Positions 1 to 10,227 of a DNA stretch of 40,611 bases are shown here, one piece after another. Source of the stretch: Callorhinchus milii (lineage: Eukaryota); assembly GCF_018977255.1 (NCBI RefSeq), contig NW_024705485.1, positions 1-40,611 of the forward strand, in the 5' to 3' direction. The position numbers and the translations under genes were made by a program. The notes beneath the pieces were generated by a model. It had not been told where the DNA came from, did no database searches, and saw nothing but the letters and a program-made list of their open reading frames with translations. Positions within the stretch are counted from its first letter, which is position 1, and each line of letters opens with the position of its first letter.

Positions 1-305
1 GGAGGAGGAGGGGAGGGAGGGGAGGGAGGAGGAGGGGAGGGGAGGGGGGAGGGAGGGAGGAGGAGGGGGAGGGGAGGAGAGAGGGAAGGAGGAGGAGGGG
101 GGAGGAGGAGGGGAGGAGAGGAGGAGGAGGAGGGGAGGGAGGGAGGAGGAGGGGAGGGAGGGAGGAGGAGGGGAGGGAGGAGGAGGGGAGGGGGAGGAGG
201 AGGGGAGGAGAGGAGGGAGGAGGAGGGGAGGGAGGAGGAGGGGAGGGAGGGAGGAGAGGAGGGAGGAGGGGAGGGAGGAGGAGGGAGGGAGGAGGAGGGG
301 AGGGA
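1..305. repeat. Polypurine GGA/GGAG low-complexity repeat
   Basis: Pure G/A tract built from GGAGGAGGAGGGGAG-like units. Confidence 0.95.
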
Positions 306-1313
306 TCACGAGGCCCCTCTCGGTCCCCCTCCACCGGAGCTCTCCGTCGTGCCGCTGCATCGCCAATGCCGACAAGCGAAGGCGGATCACAACCTGTGCC
401 GGCTGGAAGACCTACCAGAGGTGGCCTTCGCAAATGTCAAGAGGAAGGTGCTCTACTCCTACATGGTCCGGTTTCACCAACAGGACACCCTGAGGAGCCA
501 TAAGGACCATGCCTGGAGGAAAGCCCTGCCCTGCATCTCTCCGGAGAGGCCTCTCTGGAGGCAACTCTACTCCAGCCCGACGTACAACCGCATCGGCGAC
601 CTCAGCTGGAGCATCGCCCACGGCACCGTCACCACCAACGCCTCCCTGGCGCGCTTCACCGACACGCCCCCGGAGTGCCGGTTCTGCGGTAAAGTGGAGA
701 CGGTGGCGCACCGATACGTGGAGTGCAAGAGCCTGGACTCGCTGTTCAAGGTCCTGAGAAACATCCTCCTAAAGTTCAGCCTCCACTTCTCCCCGACGGT
801 CCTCATTTTTGGATACCAAAAGGGCGACGGACCCCAACATCTTCAGGGGCTGGTCAACGTGCTCGTCGGCTACGCCAAGCTCGCCATGCACAGGGCGAGG
901 AAGGTGGCCCTGGAGGGGAAACGTCCGGCCAGCAGCCTGGGCATCTTCCGCGCTCTGGTCGGAGCCAGGGTGTGGCTGGAGTTCCGCCATGCGCGGCTGA
1001 CCCACGCCGTGCCGGCCTTCAAGGAGCAGTGGGCGATGGAGGAGGCCGTGTGCTCCGTGGCAGATGACGGGGAGCTCTGCATGCTGTTATGAGCTACCCG
1101 TCGGAGGCCGTCGGACTGCGAGGTGGGCGGCGTACATAACGAGAGAGTGAGCGAGAGAGAGCGAGAGAGAGAGCGAGTGAGAGAGAGCGAGAGAGAGAGC
1201 GAGCGAGCGAGGGCTACATAAAGCCCCGTTAAAAAAAAAAATTACGAAATGATGAACGAAACAAAGTGCCGAATACACCGAGCATCTTCTTGTTTCCACT
1301 GATCGTAAAAAAA
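306..1313 (+). mobile_element. 5'-truncated Tx1/L1-clade non-LTR retrotransposon (ORF2 C-terminus, 3' UTR, short poly-A)
   Basis: The open frame to the stop at 1092 contains the zf-RVT-type motif CRFCGKVETVAHRYVEC and a Tx1-like terminus (FKEQWAMEEAVCSV). A ~220-bp UTR ends in A7 at 1307-1313. An apparent ~23-24-bp TSD lies at 282-305 and 1313-1336. Confidence 0.85.
349..1092 (+). pseudogene. Tx1-like ORF2 C-terminal fragment (zinc-knuckle region only; no RT or endonuclease)
   Basis: C-x2-C-x3-E-T-x2-H-x4-C motif. There is no true start codon, and the frame is truncated at the GA repeat. Confidence 0.8.
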
Positions 1314-1420
1314 GGGAGGGAGGAGGAGGGGAGGGAGGAGGAGGAGGAGGGGAGGGAGGAGGAGGGAGGGGAGGGAGGAGGAGGGGAGGGAGGGAGGGAG
1401 AGGGAGGGAGGGGAGGGGGG
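1314..1420. repeat. Polypurine GGA/GGAG repeat (continuation of the tract split by the Tx1 insertion)
   Basis: Same unit composition as 1-305. Confidence 0.9.
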
Positions 1421-1779
1421 GTCACAAGACATCTAGAACACCGCCCGTGCAAGGAGCGTGCGGCGCTGTTCACCGCGGCCCCTGAGCCCGCGCGGTCCAA
1501 GTCCAGAGCTGTTCACCGCGGCCCCTCCACCTGCCGCTGGGAAGACGCGGCTCGCCTGAGGCCTGCCGCAGGCTGCGGCGGCGGCTTCGCGCGCTTTGGG
1601 CTCCTCTTCAACCTCCTCCTCCTCAACCTCCTCCTCCTCAACCTCCGACTTCTTCCTCCTCCTCCTCGTCGTCCCTGTGGAGGGAGACGCGCGGAGGGAG
1701 ACGCGCGGAGGGAGACGCGGCCAACTCGGCTGACATCTCGCCCGGTGAGTTCCGTGCGTCGGGGAGCGGAGGTGGAGGA

Positions 1780-4533
1780 GGTGGTGGTGAGGGTTGTGGT
1801 GGTGGTGGTGATGGTTGTGGTGGTGGTGAGGGTGGTAATGGTGAGGGTTGTGGTGGTGAGGGTTGTGATGGTGGTGAGGTTTGTGGTGGTGAGGGTGGTG
1901 GTGGTGGTGAGGGTTGTGGTGGTGGTGGTGGTGAGGGTGGTGGTGGTGGTGAGGGTTGTGGTGGTGGTGGTGATGGTGAGGGTGGTGGTGGTGAGGGTGG
2001 TGGTGGTGAGGGTGGTGATGATGGTGGTGAGGGTGGTAATGGTGGTGAGGTTTGTGGTGGTGGTGGTGAGGGTGGTGGTGGTGATGGTGGTGGTTGTGGT
2101 GGTGATGGTGGTGGTGGTGAGGGTGGTGGTGGTGAGGCTTGTGGTGGTGGTGATGGTGAGGGTGGTGGTGGTGGTGAGGGTTGTGGTGGTGATGGTGAGG
2201 GTGGTGGGTGGTAAGGGTGGTGGTGGTGGTGAGGGTGGTGGTGGTGAGGGTTGTGGTGGTGGTGAGGGTTGTGGTGGTGGTGGTGGTGAGGGTGGTGGTG
2301 GTGGTGAGGGTTGTGGTGGTGGTGGTGGTGGTGGTGATGGTGAGGGTTGTGGTGGTGGTGGTGGTGGTGATGGTGAGGGTGGTGGTGGTGAGGGTGGTGG
2401 TGGTGAGGGTTGTGGTGGTGGTGAGGGTTGTGGTGGTGAGGGTTGTGGTGGTGGTGGTGAGGGTTGTGGTGGTGGTGGTGAGGGTGGTGGTGGTGAGGGA
2501 GGTGGTGGTGAGGGTTGTGGTGGTGAGGGTTGTGGTTGTGGTGGTGATGGTGGTGAGGGTTGTGGTGGTGGTGAGGGTGGTAATGGTGAGGGTTGTGGTG
2601 GTGAGGGTTGTGATGGTGGTGAGGTTTGTGGTGGTGAGGGTGGTGGTGGTGGTGAGGGTTGTGGTGGTGGTGGTGGTGAGGGTGGTGGTGGTGGTGAGGG
2701 TTGTGGTGGTGGTGGTGATGGTGAGGGTGGTGGTGGTGAGGGTGGTGGTGGTGAGGGTGGTGGTGGTGGTGGTTGTGGTTGTGGTGGTGAGGGTGGTGGT
2801 GGTGGTGAGGGTTGTGGTGGTGGTGGTGGTGGTGAGGGTGGTGGTGGTGGTGGTGGTGAGGGTGGTGGTGGTGAGGGTGGTGGTGGTGAGGGTGGTGGTG
2901 GTGAGGCTTGTGGTGGTGGTGATGGTGAGGGTGGTGGTGGTGGTGGTGAGGGTTGTGGTGGTGATGGTGAGGGTGGTGGTGGTGAGGGTGGTGGTGGTGA
3001 GGGTGGTGGTGGTGAGGGTTGTGGTGGTGGTGAGGGTTGTGGTGGTGGTGGTGGTGAGGGTGGTGGTGGTGGTGAGGGTTGGTGGTGGTGGTGGTGGTGG
3101 TGATGGTGAGGGTTGTGGTGGTGGTGGTGGTGGTGATGGTGAGGGTGGTGGTGGTGAGGGTGGTGGTGGTGAGGGTTGTGGTGGTGGTGAGGGTTGTGGT
3201 GGTGAGGGTTGTGGTGGTGGTGGTGAGGGTTGTGGTGGTGGTGGTGAGGGTGGTGGTGGTGAGGGAGGTGGTGGTGAGGGTTGTGGTGGTGGTGGTGAGG
3301 GTTGTGGTGGTGGTGGTGATGGTGGTGAGGGTTGTGGTGGTGGTGAGGGTGGTGATGGTGAGGGTTGTGGTGGTGAGGGTTGTGGTGGTGGTGAGGGTTG
3401 TGGTGGTGGTGGTGGTGGTTGTGGTGGTGAGGGTGGTGGTGGTGGTGAGGGTTGTGGTGGTGAGGTGGTGGTGAGGGTGGTGGTGGTGGTGAGGGTGTGG
3501 TGGTGATGGTGAGGGTGGTGTGGTGGGGGTGGTGGTGAGGGTGTGGTGGTGAGGTTTGTGGTGGTTGTGGTGTGGTGGTGTGGTGGTGAGGGTTGTGGTG
3601 GTGATGGTGGTGGTGGTGAGGGTTGTGGTGGTGGTGGTGGTGGTGAGGGTGGTGGTGGTGGTGAGGGTTGTGGTGGTGGTGATGGTGAGGGTGGTGGTGG
3701 TGAGGGTGGTGGTGGTGAGGGTGGTGGTGGTGAGGGTGGTGGTGGTGAGGCTTGTGGTGGTGGTGATGGTGAGGGTGGTGGTGGTGGTGGTGAGGGTTGT
3801 GGTGGTGATGGTGAGGGTGGTGGTGGTGAGGGTGGTGGTGGTGAGGGTGGTGGTGGTGAGGGTTGTGGTGGTGGTGAGGGTTGTGGTGGTGGTGGTGGTG
3901 AGGGTGGTGGTGGTGGTGAGGGTTGTGGTGGTGGTGGTGGTGGTGATGGTGAGGGTTGTGGTGGTGGTGGTGGTGGTGATGGTGAGGGTGGTGGTGGTGA
4001 GGGTGGTGGTGGTGAGGGTTGTGGTGGTGGTGAGGGTTGTGGTGGTGAGGGTTGTGGTGGTGGTGGTGAGGGTTGTGGTGGTGGTGGTGAGGGTGGTGGT
4101 GGTGAGGGAGGTGGTGGTGAGGGTTGTGGTGGTGGTGGTGAGGGTTGTGGTTGTGGTGGTGATGGTGGTGAGGGTTGTGGTGGTGGTGAGGGTGGTTGTG
4201 ATGGTGGTGAGGGTGGTGGTGGTGAGGGTGGTGAGGGTGATGGTGATGGTTGTGGTGGTGGTGATGGTTGTGGTGATGGTTGTGGTGGTGATGATGGTGG
4301 TGGTGAGGGTGGTGGTGGTGGTGAGGGTGATGGTGGTGATGGTTGTGGTGGTAGTGGTGGTTGTGGTGAGGGTTGTGGTGGTGATGATGGTTGTGGTGAT
4401 GGTTGTGGTGGTGATGGTGGTGAGGGTTGTGGTGGTGATGGTGGTGGTGAGGGTTGTGGTGGTGAGGGTGGTGGTGGTGGTGGTAGTGAGGGTGGTGATG
4501 AGGGTGGTGGTGGTGGTGGTGAGGGTTGTGGTG
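1780..4533. repeat. (GGT)n-based minisatellite, units such as GGTGAGGGTTGTGGTGGT
   Basis: About 2.75 kb of GGT triplets with GAG/TGT/GAT variants; it generates the Gly/Val/Pro/His/Thr homopolymer ORFs. Confidence 0.95.
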
Positions 4534-4547
4534 TGCCGTGCCGGCCT

Positions 4548-4676
4548 TCATAGCTGCTGCTACTCGCTAACAGCACTTGCCCCAACAGCCTGTCACAGGC
4601 TACACGGGGGATCTTTGTCTTTGTGAGTGTGTCATAGCTGCTGCTACTCGCTAACAGCACTTGCCCCAACAGCCTG
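4548..4676. repeat. 45-bp perfect direct repeat pair with 39-bp spacer
   Basis: TCATAGCTGCTGCTACTCGCTAACAGCACTTGCCCCAACAGCCTG at 4548-4592 and 4632-4676. Confidence 0.9.
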
Positions 4677-4990
4677 CTGAGCCCAGAGCGGCTGTGGGTG
4701 TTTGTCTACCGTGCGTGTGTGTAATGAAAGGTGAACGGTGACGCGATGTAGAAGCGTGAGGGTCACCACCCTCCTCCTCCCCCACCTGAGTTGGACTCCC
4801 GCGTCTCGCGTCTTGACGGGCGGCGATGCTCACGACGTCTCGCGGATCGTAAGCGAGCAAAGTGGGGGGATTGTTGGAGCATCGGCAACGGAGGAAGGGG
4901 GGCGGAGGGGCGGGGAGGAGAGAGACGTCCCCTCGTGCGCCGTGCCGCCTCTCTGGGACCAGCGCAGAGACGGGGGGAGAACCTACAGGC

Positions 4991-5437
4991 AAGTGCTGAA
5001 CCATTAATCGATTTGAAATCGATCAAAATCGATTTGAAATCGATTAATCGCAATGTGATGAAGCAATAGGAGGCTGCGATATTTTGCGGGGTTGCAAAGT
5101 CCGATTGCTTTGTTGTTGGAATTGTTTTATTTTTTGTATTATAACTGTATTTATTTGACTTAACGATTGTCCTATGTTTGATTGTTCCATTTCAATTAAA
5201 ACACTTTCAGAAATACATGTTGGAAGCAATTCATACATTTGAAGTTCTTCACCTTGCATTAGAATATATAGGGCAGTTCATATGTTGATGTGGTAATGCT
5301 CCATCGCGTGTTCTAAATCTATTACAGAATGAATATTGAACTGATGCTTGACTTCAAAAAATTTAATCGCAAATCAAATCGCAATATCTGTCAAAAAAAA
5401 TCGCAATTGGATATTTTCCCCAAATCGTTTAGCCCTA
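4991..5437 (-). mobile_element. Non-autonomous hAT-like DNA transposon (MITE), ~447 bp
   Basis: AT-rich island with imperfect TIRs (TAGGGCTAAACGATT vs AAGTGCTGAACCATT, 11/15) and clustered subterminal AATCG/CGATT motifs, like fish TAGGGCT-ended hAT MITEs. No TSD is visible. A diverged relative lies at 16067-16224. Confidence 0.65.
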
Positions 5438-5439
5438 AT

Positions 5440-5674
5440 GAGAGAGACACAGAGAGACACAGAGAGAGGGAGACACAGAGAGACACAGAGAGACACAGAG
5501 AGAGACACAGTGAGTGAGAGACACAGAGAGACACAGTGAGTGAGAGACACAGAGAGACAGAGAGAGGGAGACACAGAGAGACAGAGAGAGACACAGAGAG
5601 AGAGATAATGAGAGAGACACACAGAGAGAGACACAGAGAGTGAGAGACACACAGAGAGACACAGACAGAGAGAG
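5440..5674. repeat. (GA)n/(GACACAGA)n microsatellite
   Basis: AGAGAGACAC-type units. Confidence 0.95.
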
Positions 5675-5896
5675 ATTGTTATTTTGTTATTAATTTCACT
5701 TTGAACACCGTCACCTAAACGCGTTATCTGTTTACAGAAGGCGGTACGGAGGCCGCGTGGCGATGAGCGAGTCGATATCCGCGTGGTGAGTCGCAGAGCC
5801 CCTGACACGGCCACTCGCTCAGCTCCTGACGTACTCACCACGATCCACTGCGCGAGTTTAAGGGGCGACAGCAGCAGCAGTAGCAGGAGATGTTTC

Positions 5897-6071
5897 ATCT
5901 CTCTCTCATCTCCCCCCCCCATCTCCCCCCTATCCTCTCACCTCTCTCTCCCCCCTCTCTCTCCGCCATCTCCCTCCCTCCCCCCACTCTCCCCCACTCT
6001 CTCTTTACTCTCCCCCCACTCCCCCCCCCACTCTCTCTCCCCCCTCTCTCTCCGCCATCTCCCTCCCTCCC
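5897..6071. repeat. CT-rich low-complexity tract
   Basis: Polypyrimidine run with a repeated CTCTCTCCGCCATCTCCCTCCCTCC. Confidence 0.85.
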
Positions 6072-6294
6072 CGCGTATCTCCGCTGCCGAGTCAACGTCA
6101 AGAGGGGGCCCAGCGCGCTCCCCCGGCCTCCTCCTCCTCGCCGCTCGGAGACGTCCATGCGGCGCCGCCGCTGATGTCGCGCCTCTCCTCCTCGAGGCGA
6201 GTGAAGTGTTGCCACTGCTGATGGCCGCCGGGTTGCTGCCACTCCGTGTTGTAGATGGGGGGGGGGGGTGTTTGTGTGTGTGGAGTGTCGTACG

Positions 6295-6528
6295 CAGCAC
6301 CAGCAGCACCACCACCAGCACCACCAGCAGCACCACCACCAGCAGCACCACCACCAGCACCAGCAGCAACACCAGCAGCACCACCACCAGCACCAGCACC
6401 ACCAGCACCACCACCAGCACCACCACCACCACCAGCAGCACCACCACCAGCACCACCACCAGCACCACCACCAGCACCACCACCAGCACCACCACCAGCC
6501 AGCACCAGGACCACCAACAACAACAACC
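6295..6528. repeat. (CAC)n(CAG)n triplet repeat
   Basis: CACCACCAG units ending in (CAA)n, next to the RTE 3' end. Confidence 0.95.
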
Positions 6529-7747
6529 GCCATTCGCGGTGACGTCACCACGAGGCTTGTGCCAGGCCACGTGAAGTGTAGACCGCCCGCCGGCAGGAGG
6601 TCACGGGGCAGACCCAGGTGCCACGGGTCGACTGACTGAGATGACTGGCTGATGCACCACCTGTGCCCCCTACTGTGCCAACTTGCTGTGCTTTAGCCAC
6701 CCGGCGCTCCGCTCGTTGTTGTGAGCGTCGCTCCTCCACCCTCTGTTGTTGTTGGAGGGCGACTGCCTCCAACTGCCCTGTAGCGTCCTTCACGAGCCTC
6801 CTCCACAGAGGCCGATCTTGACACCGCTGGTACCAGTCATCGGCAAGTCAACTCAGCTCCACATCCTCCTGTACCACATCACTCCATCTCTTCTCTAGCC
6901 CGTGACGCGCCTGTTTAGCGCCCTCTATCCGGCCGAATAAAAGCGATTTAGGCATGCGGTGGCAGGGTTTGCGGGCTACATGACCCAGCCAACGCAGCCT
7001 TGCCTGCCAGAGGAGCTCACCAATGGGACTTTGCCCAGATCTTTCAAGGATTTGTGAGCTCCTCACACAATCCAGCCTGGTTAAACCCAGGATGGATCGT
7101 AAGCAGGCCAGCATAAATGTTTCCAACCGGCGAAGATGCTCCATTAGGAGGGTCCACATTTCGCAAGCGTAGAGAAGGGAGGGAATGACCGTGGCCGAGA
7201 AGACCTGAAGCTTCGTGCGGAGCAACAGACCAGGTAGCTTCCACACAGCGTTACGCAACCGATGAAAAGATATTGCCGCTTGACTGATTCGGAGTGAGAC
7301 CTCTGCTGTTAAACCGGAGCCGGTCATGAGCACACTGCCCAGGTATGGGAAATTCTCCACTCTCTCCACAACTGCCCCATCACCGATTGGGAGTTGTGGG
7401 GGTGGAGTGTCCGATGGTACAAAATACCCAGGCAGGTGCTTAGTTTTGGTGGGGCTGATGGTAAGGCCCCACCTCTTAGTGGCACGCTCCAGTCTCAGCA
7501 GCAACGTCTCCAACTCCTCTTCTGAATGAGCAACTATTACCGAATCATCGGCATACGCAACATGGTTGACCAATAGGGAGCCATCCCTTGACCGCACTCG
7601 GGCATCGATCAACCTCCCATTATATCCGTACCAAATGGAAATTCTCCCGGTACAGCTATTGAAGGCTTCACGAACTACGGGGCCAAAATAGATGTTAAAT
7701 AATGTGGGAGCCAGAGGACATCCCTGTCGCACCCCAAGGTGTACAGG

Positions 7748-8122
7748 TGTAATAAAACAGGTCGACGACAAGCGACTGTGTCTCCGTCTCTTTATTTCTT
7801 CGTCACGGACAGCTCGCGTTCCGCTCTCCCGCTCACTCCGCTGCACGTTGGCAGGCGGCGCGCCGGGAGCCGTCTCCACGTCGCCACGTGGCCGATGGCT
7901 CGCGGAGACTCCTGACGTGGCCCAGCTTCCAGCCCTCACCAACTGACCCCGAGCCCCTTCCGGCTCCCCCCCCATATCCCCTTTCCACGTCACCCAGACT
8001 CCGCCCTTTGCCACACCCCCGAGGAACCTTCCAGATAATACCCCTCCCTGGCCCCGATGCTTCGTGGCGCCTGATTGGCTTAGGGGCTGGGGCGGCGAAA
8101 CCCCACATACGCTCGCATTACA
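7748..8122 (-). mobile_element. Solo LTR (Gypsy-like), 375 bp, 4-bp TSD CAGG
   Basis: Ends TGTAAT...ATTACA form a perfect 6-bp inverted repeat, with CAGG at 7744-7747 and 8123-8126. Removing it restores the RT peptide ESEPFPVHLGVRQG. The minus strand has CCAAT (~8074-8078) and AATAAA (7791-7796). Confidence 0.88.
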
Positions 8123-8281
8123 CAGGGAATGGCTCTGACTCCCGGCCACGTAGTTTTACCCGGGCTCGTTAACCATCATGAAGGTCCTTAATGATCGTGA
8201 GCAGAGGGTCAGGGACTCCGAAAGCACGAAGAAGAACCGAGAGCCCAGGCCTACTGATGGTATCATAGGCCTTGACCAGGG

Positions 8282-8446
8282 CAACACCACCACCACCACC
8301 ACCAGCAGCAGCACCAGCACAACCACCAGCACTACCTGCACCAGCAGCACCAACAGCACTACCACCACCTGCACCAGCACCACCAACAGCACCACCAGCA
8401 GCAGCACCACCACCACCATCACCACCACCAGCACCACCACCAGCAC
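8282..8446. repeat. (CAC)n(CAG)n triplet repeat inside the RTE RT domain
   Basis: It splits ...LCVYIN from LVKAYD... Confidence 0.9.
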
Positions 8447-9213
8447 AGTTGATATACACACATAATATACAGTTTATATGTATCACCTTCAGTACTTCCT
8501 CAACAGATGGCACCTCAGCCAGCCACTCACAGGGGATGACTTCTTCTTCCAATATTTGAGGCACCGCAGCCTCGGCAGGGTCATCCCAACTTTTTGCCAC
8601 TTTGTTTTCTAGGCTGAGGGATTTTCCCTCCCCAGGACCTCACAGAAATGCTCGGCAAATCTGCGAACCTATTCCTGGGGGTCGGAGATTGGATCACCGT
8701 TCTTTCCCCTAATGATGGTAATAGATGTGGCGCTGCAGGTTCCATTTTTTTATGGAATTAAAGAGCGATTTGTGATCGCGGGCCATTGAGGCAGACTCCA
8801 TCTCCTCAGCAAACCGTGACCACCACCCATTCTTGCAGCGCCTCATGGCTCTCCGAACCTCCGACCGAAGGCTGTGGTAAGCCTCCTCATTCTCCGACGT
8901 GGGATGTTGTAGCCGATGAGTGGGTCTGTCACTTTTTCTCAGCCAGCTTGAACACCTCCTCTGTCAGCCAGGGTCTCTGGGGAGGTCTGGACCATGTACC
9001 CAAAGCAGCCATTGCAGCTGCATGAGCCACAGTCCTAAACCTCGCCCATTTCCCTTCGACATCAGGAGGAGTGGGGGACGATGCCAACCCCAGCCGCAAG
9101 CGACGATGAAATTCTAGCTTGCAACTTTTATCAGCTAGCTGAGACCATGCTACTAAGGGTTTGAATTGGGTCCTGGGTGTACAGCCACCACCGGAGTGGA
9201 AGAATGGCAGGCG

Positions 9214-10211
9214 CGGTAATAGTTGCTCATTCAGAAGAGGAGTTGGAGACGTTGCTGCTGAGACTGGAGCGTGCCACTAAGAGGTGGGGCCTTACCATCA
9301 GCCCCACCAAAACTAAGCACCTGCCTGGGTATTTTGTACCATCGGACACTCCACCCCCACAACTCCCAATCGGTGATGGGGCAGTTGTGGAGAGAGTGGA
9401 GAATTTCCCATACCTGGGCAGTGTGCTCATGACCGGCTCCGGTTTAACAGCAGAGGTCTCACTCCGAATCAGTCAAGCGGCAATATCTTTTCATCGGTTG
9501 CGTAACGCTGTGTGGAAGCTACCTGGTCTGTTGCTCCGCACGAAGCTTCAGGTCTTCTCGGCCACGGTCATTCCCTCCCTTCTCTACGCTTGCGAAATGT
9601 GGACCCTCCTAATGGAGCATCTTCGCCGGTTGGAAACATTTATGCTGGCCTGCTTACGATCCATCCTGGGTTTAACCAGGCTGGATTGTGTGAGGAGCTC
9701 ACAAATCCTTGAAAGATCTGGGCAAAGTCCCATTGGTGAGCTCCTCTGGCAGGCAAGGCTGCGTTGGCTGGGTCATGTAGCCCGCAAACCCTGCCACCGC
9801 ATGCCTAAATCGCTTTTATTCGGCCGGATAGAGGGCGCTAAACAGGCGCGTCACGGGCTAGAGAAGAGATGGAGTGATGTGGTACAGGAGGATGTGGAGC
9901 TGAGTTGACTTGCCGATGACTGGTACCAGCGGTGTCAAGATCGGCCTCTGTGGAGGAGGCTCGTGAAGGACGCTACAGGGCAGTTGGAGGCAGTCGCCCT
10001 CCAACAACAACAGAGGGTGGAGGAGCGACGCTCACAACAACGAGCGGAGCGCCGGGTGGCTAAAGCACAGCAAGTTGGCACAGTAGGGGGCACAGGTGGT
10101 GCATCAGCCAGTCATCTCAGTCAGTCGACCCGTGGCACCTGGGTCTGCCCCGTGACCTCCTGCCGGCGGGCGGTCTACACTTCACGTGGCCTGGCACAAG
10201 CCTCGTGGTGA
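9214..10211 (+). mobile_element. Inverted duplicate of the RTE LINE 3' half
   Basis: The translation from VIVAHSEEELE onward is identical to the left copy, with the same premature TGA (9906-9908) and an in-frame continuation to 10211. Confidence 0.92.
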
Positions 10212-10227
10212 CGTCACCGCGAATGGC

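Larger units (their letters stand above)
6545..9213 (-). mobile_element. Decayed RTE-clade LINE (linker, RT and C-terminus), interrupted by a solo LTR and a triplet repeat, cut at the fold-back junction
   Basis: Minus-strand motifs occur in order: linker (GKWARFRTVAHAAAMAALG..PWLTEEVFKLAEKK; VRRAMRRCKNGWW; RFAEHFCEVL), PSVEEVLKVI, LVKAYDTISRPGL, GVRQGCPLAPTLFNIYF, YADD, FPYLGS, LLYACEMW, RLRWLGHVAR, DRPLWR, and a terminal CPVTSCRR. Several stops, frameshifts and an apparent internal deletion near 8460-8480 are present. Confidence 0.9.

Noticed and set aside
1433..4669. 1078-aa Pro/Thr/His, 1012-aa His and Gly/Val-rich ORFs as extensin-, mucin- or histidine-rich proteins
   Set aside because: GGT/ACC triplets lack stops in most frames, and the composition switches at indels; the frames are open by default.
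4548..4676. CRISPR-like repeat-spacer-repeat
   Set aside because: Only two repeats, no cas genes, and a eukaryotic context.
5329..6639. Overlapping ORFs across the GA, CT and CAC/CAG repeats (and their mirrors at 10117-11428)
   Set aside because: Low-complexity translations with no recognisable domain.
7543..9213. Palindrome arms as TIRs of a giant DNA transposon (Polinton/foldback) or an RT-based novel system with cargo
   Set aside because: The spacer is simply the upstream continuation of the same decayed RTE. There is no transposase, integrase or polymerase, and the arms are ordinary genomic mosaic.
9177..9908. 243-aa ORF as a functional reverse transcriptase
   Set aside because: It begins after the YADD motif at the inversion junction and ends at a premature stop.
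9214..10211. Twin-priming inversion of the LINE
   Set aside because: The inverted copy duplicates sequence and extends ~6 kb beyond the element's 3' end.
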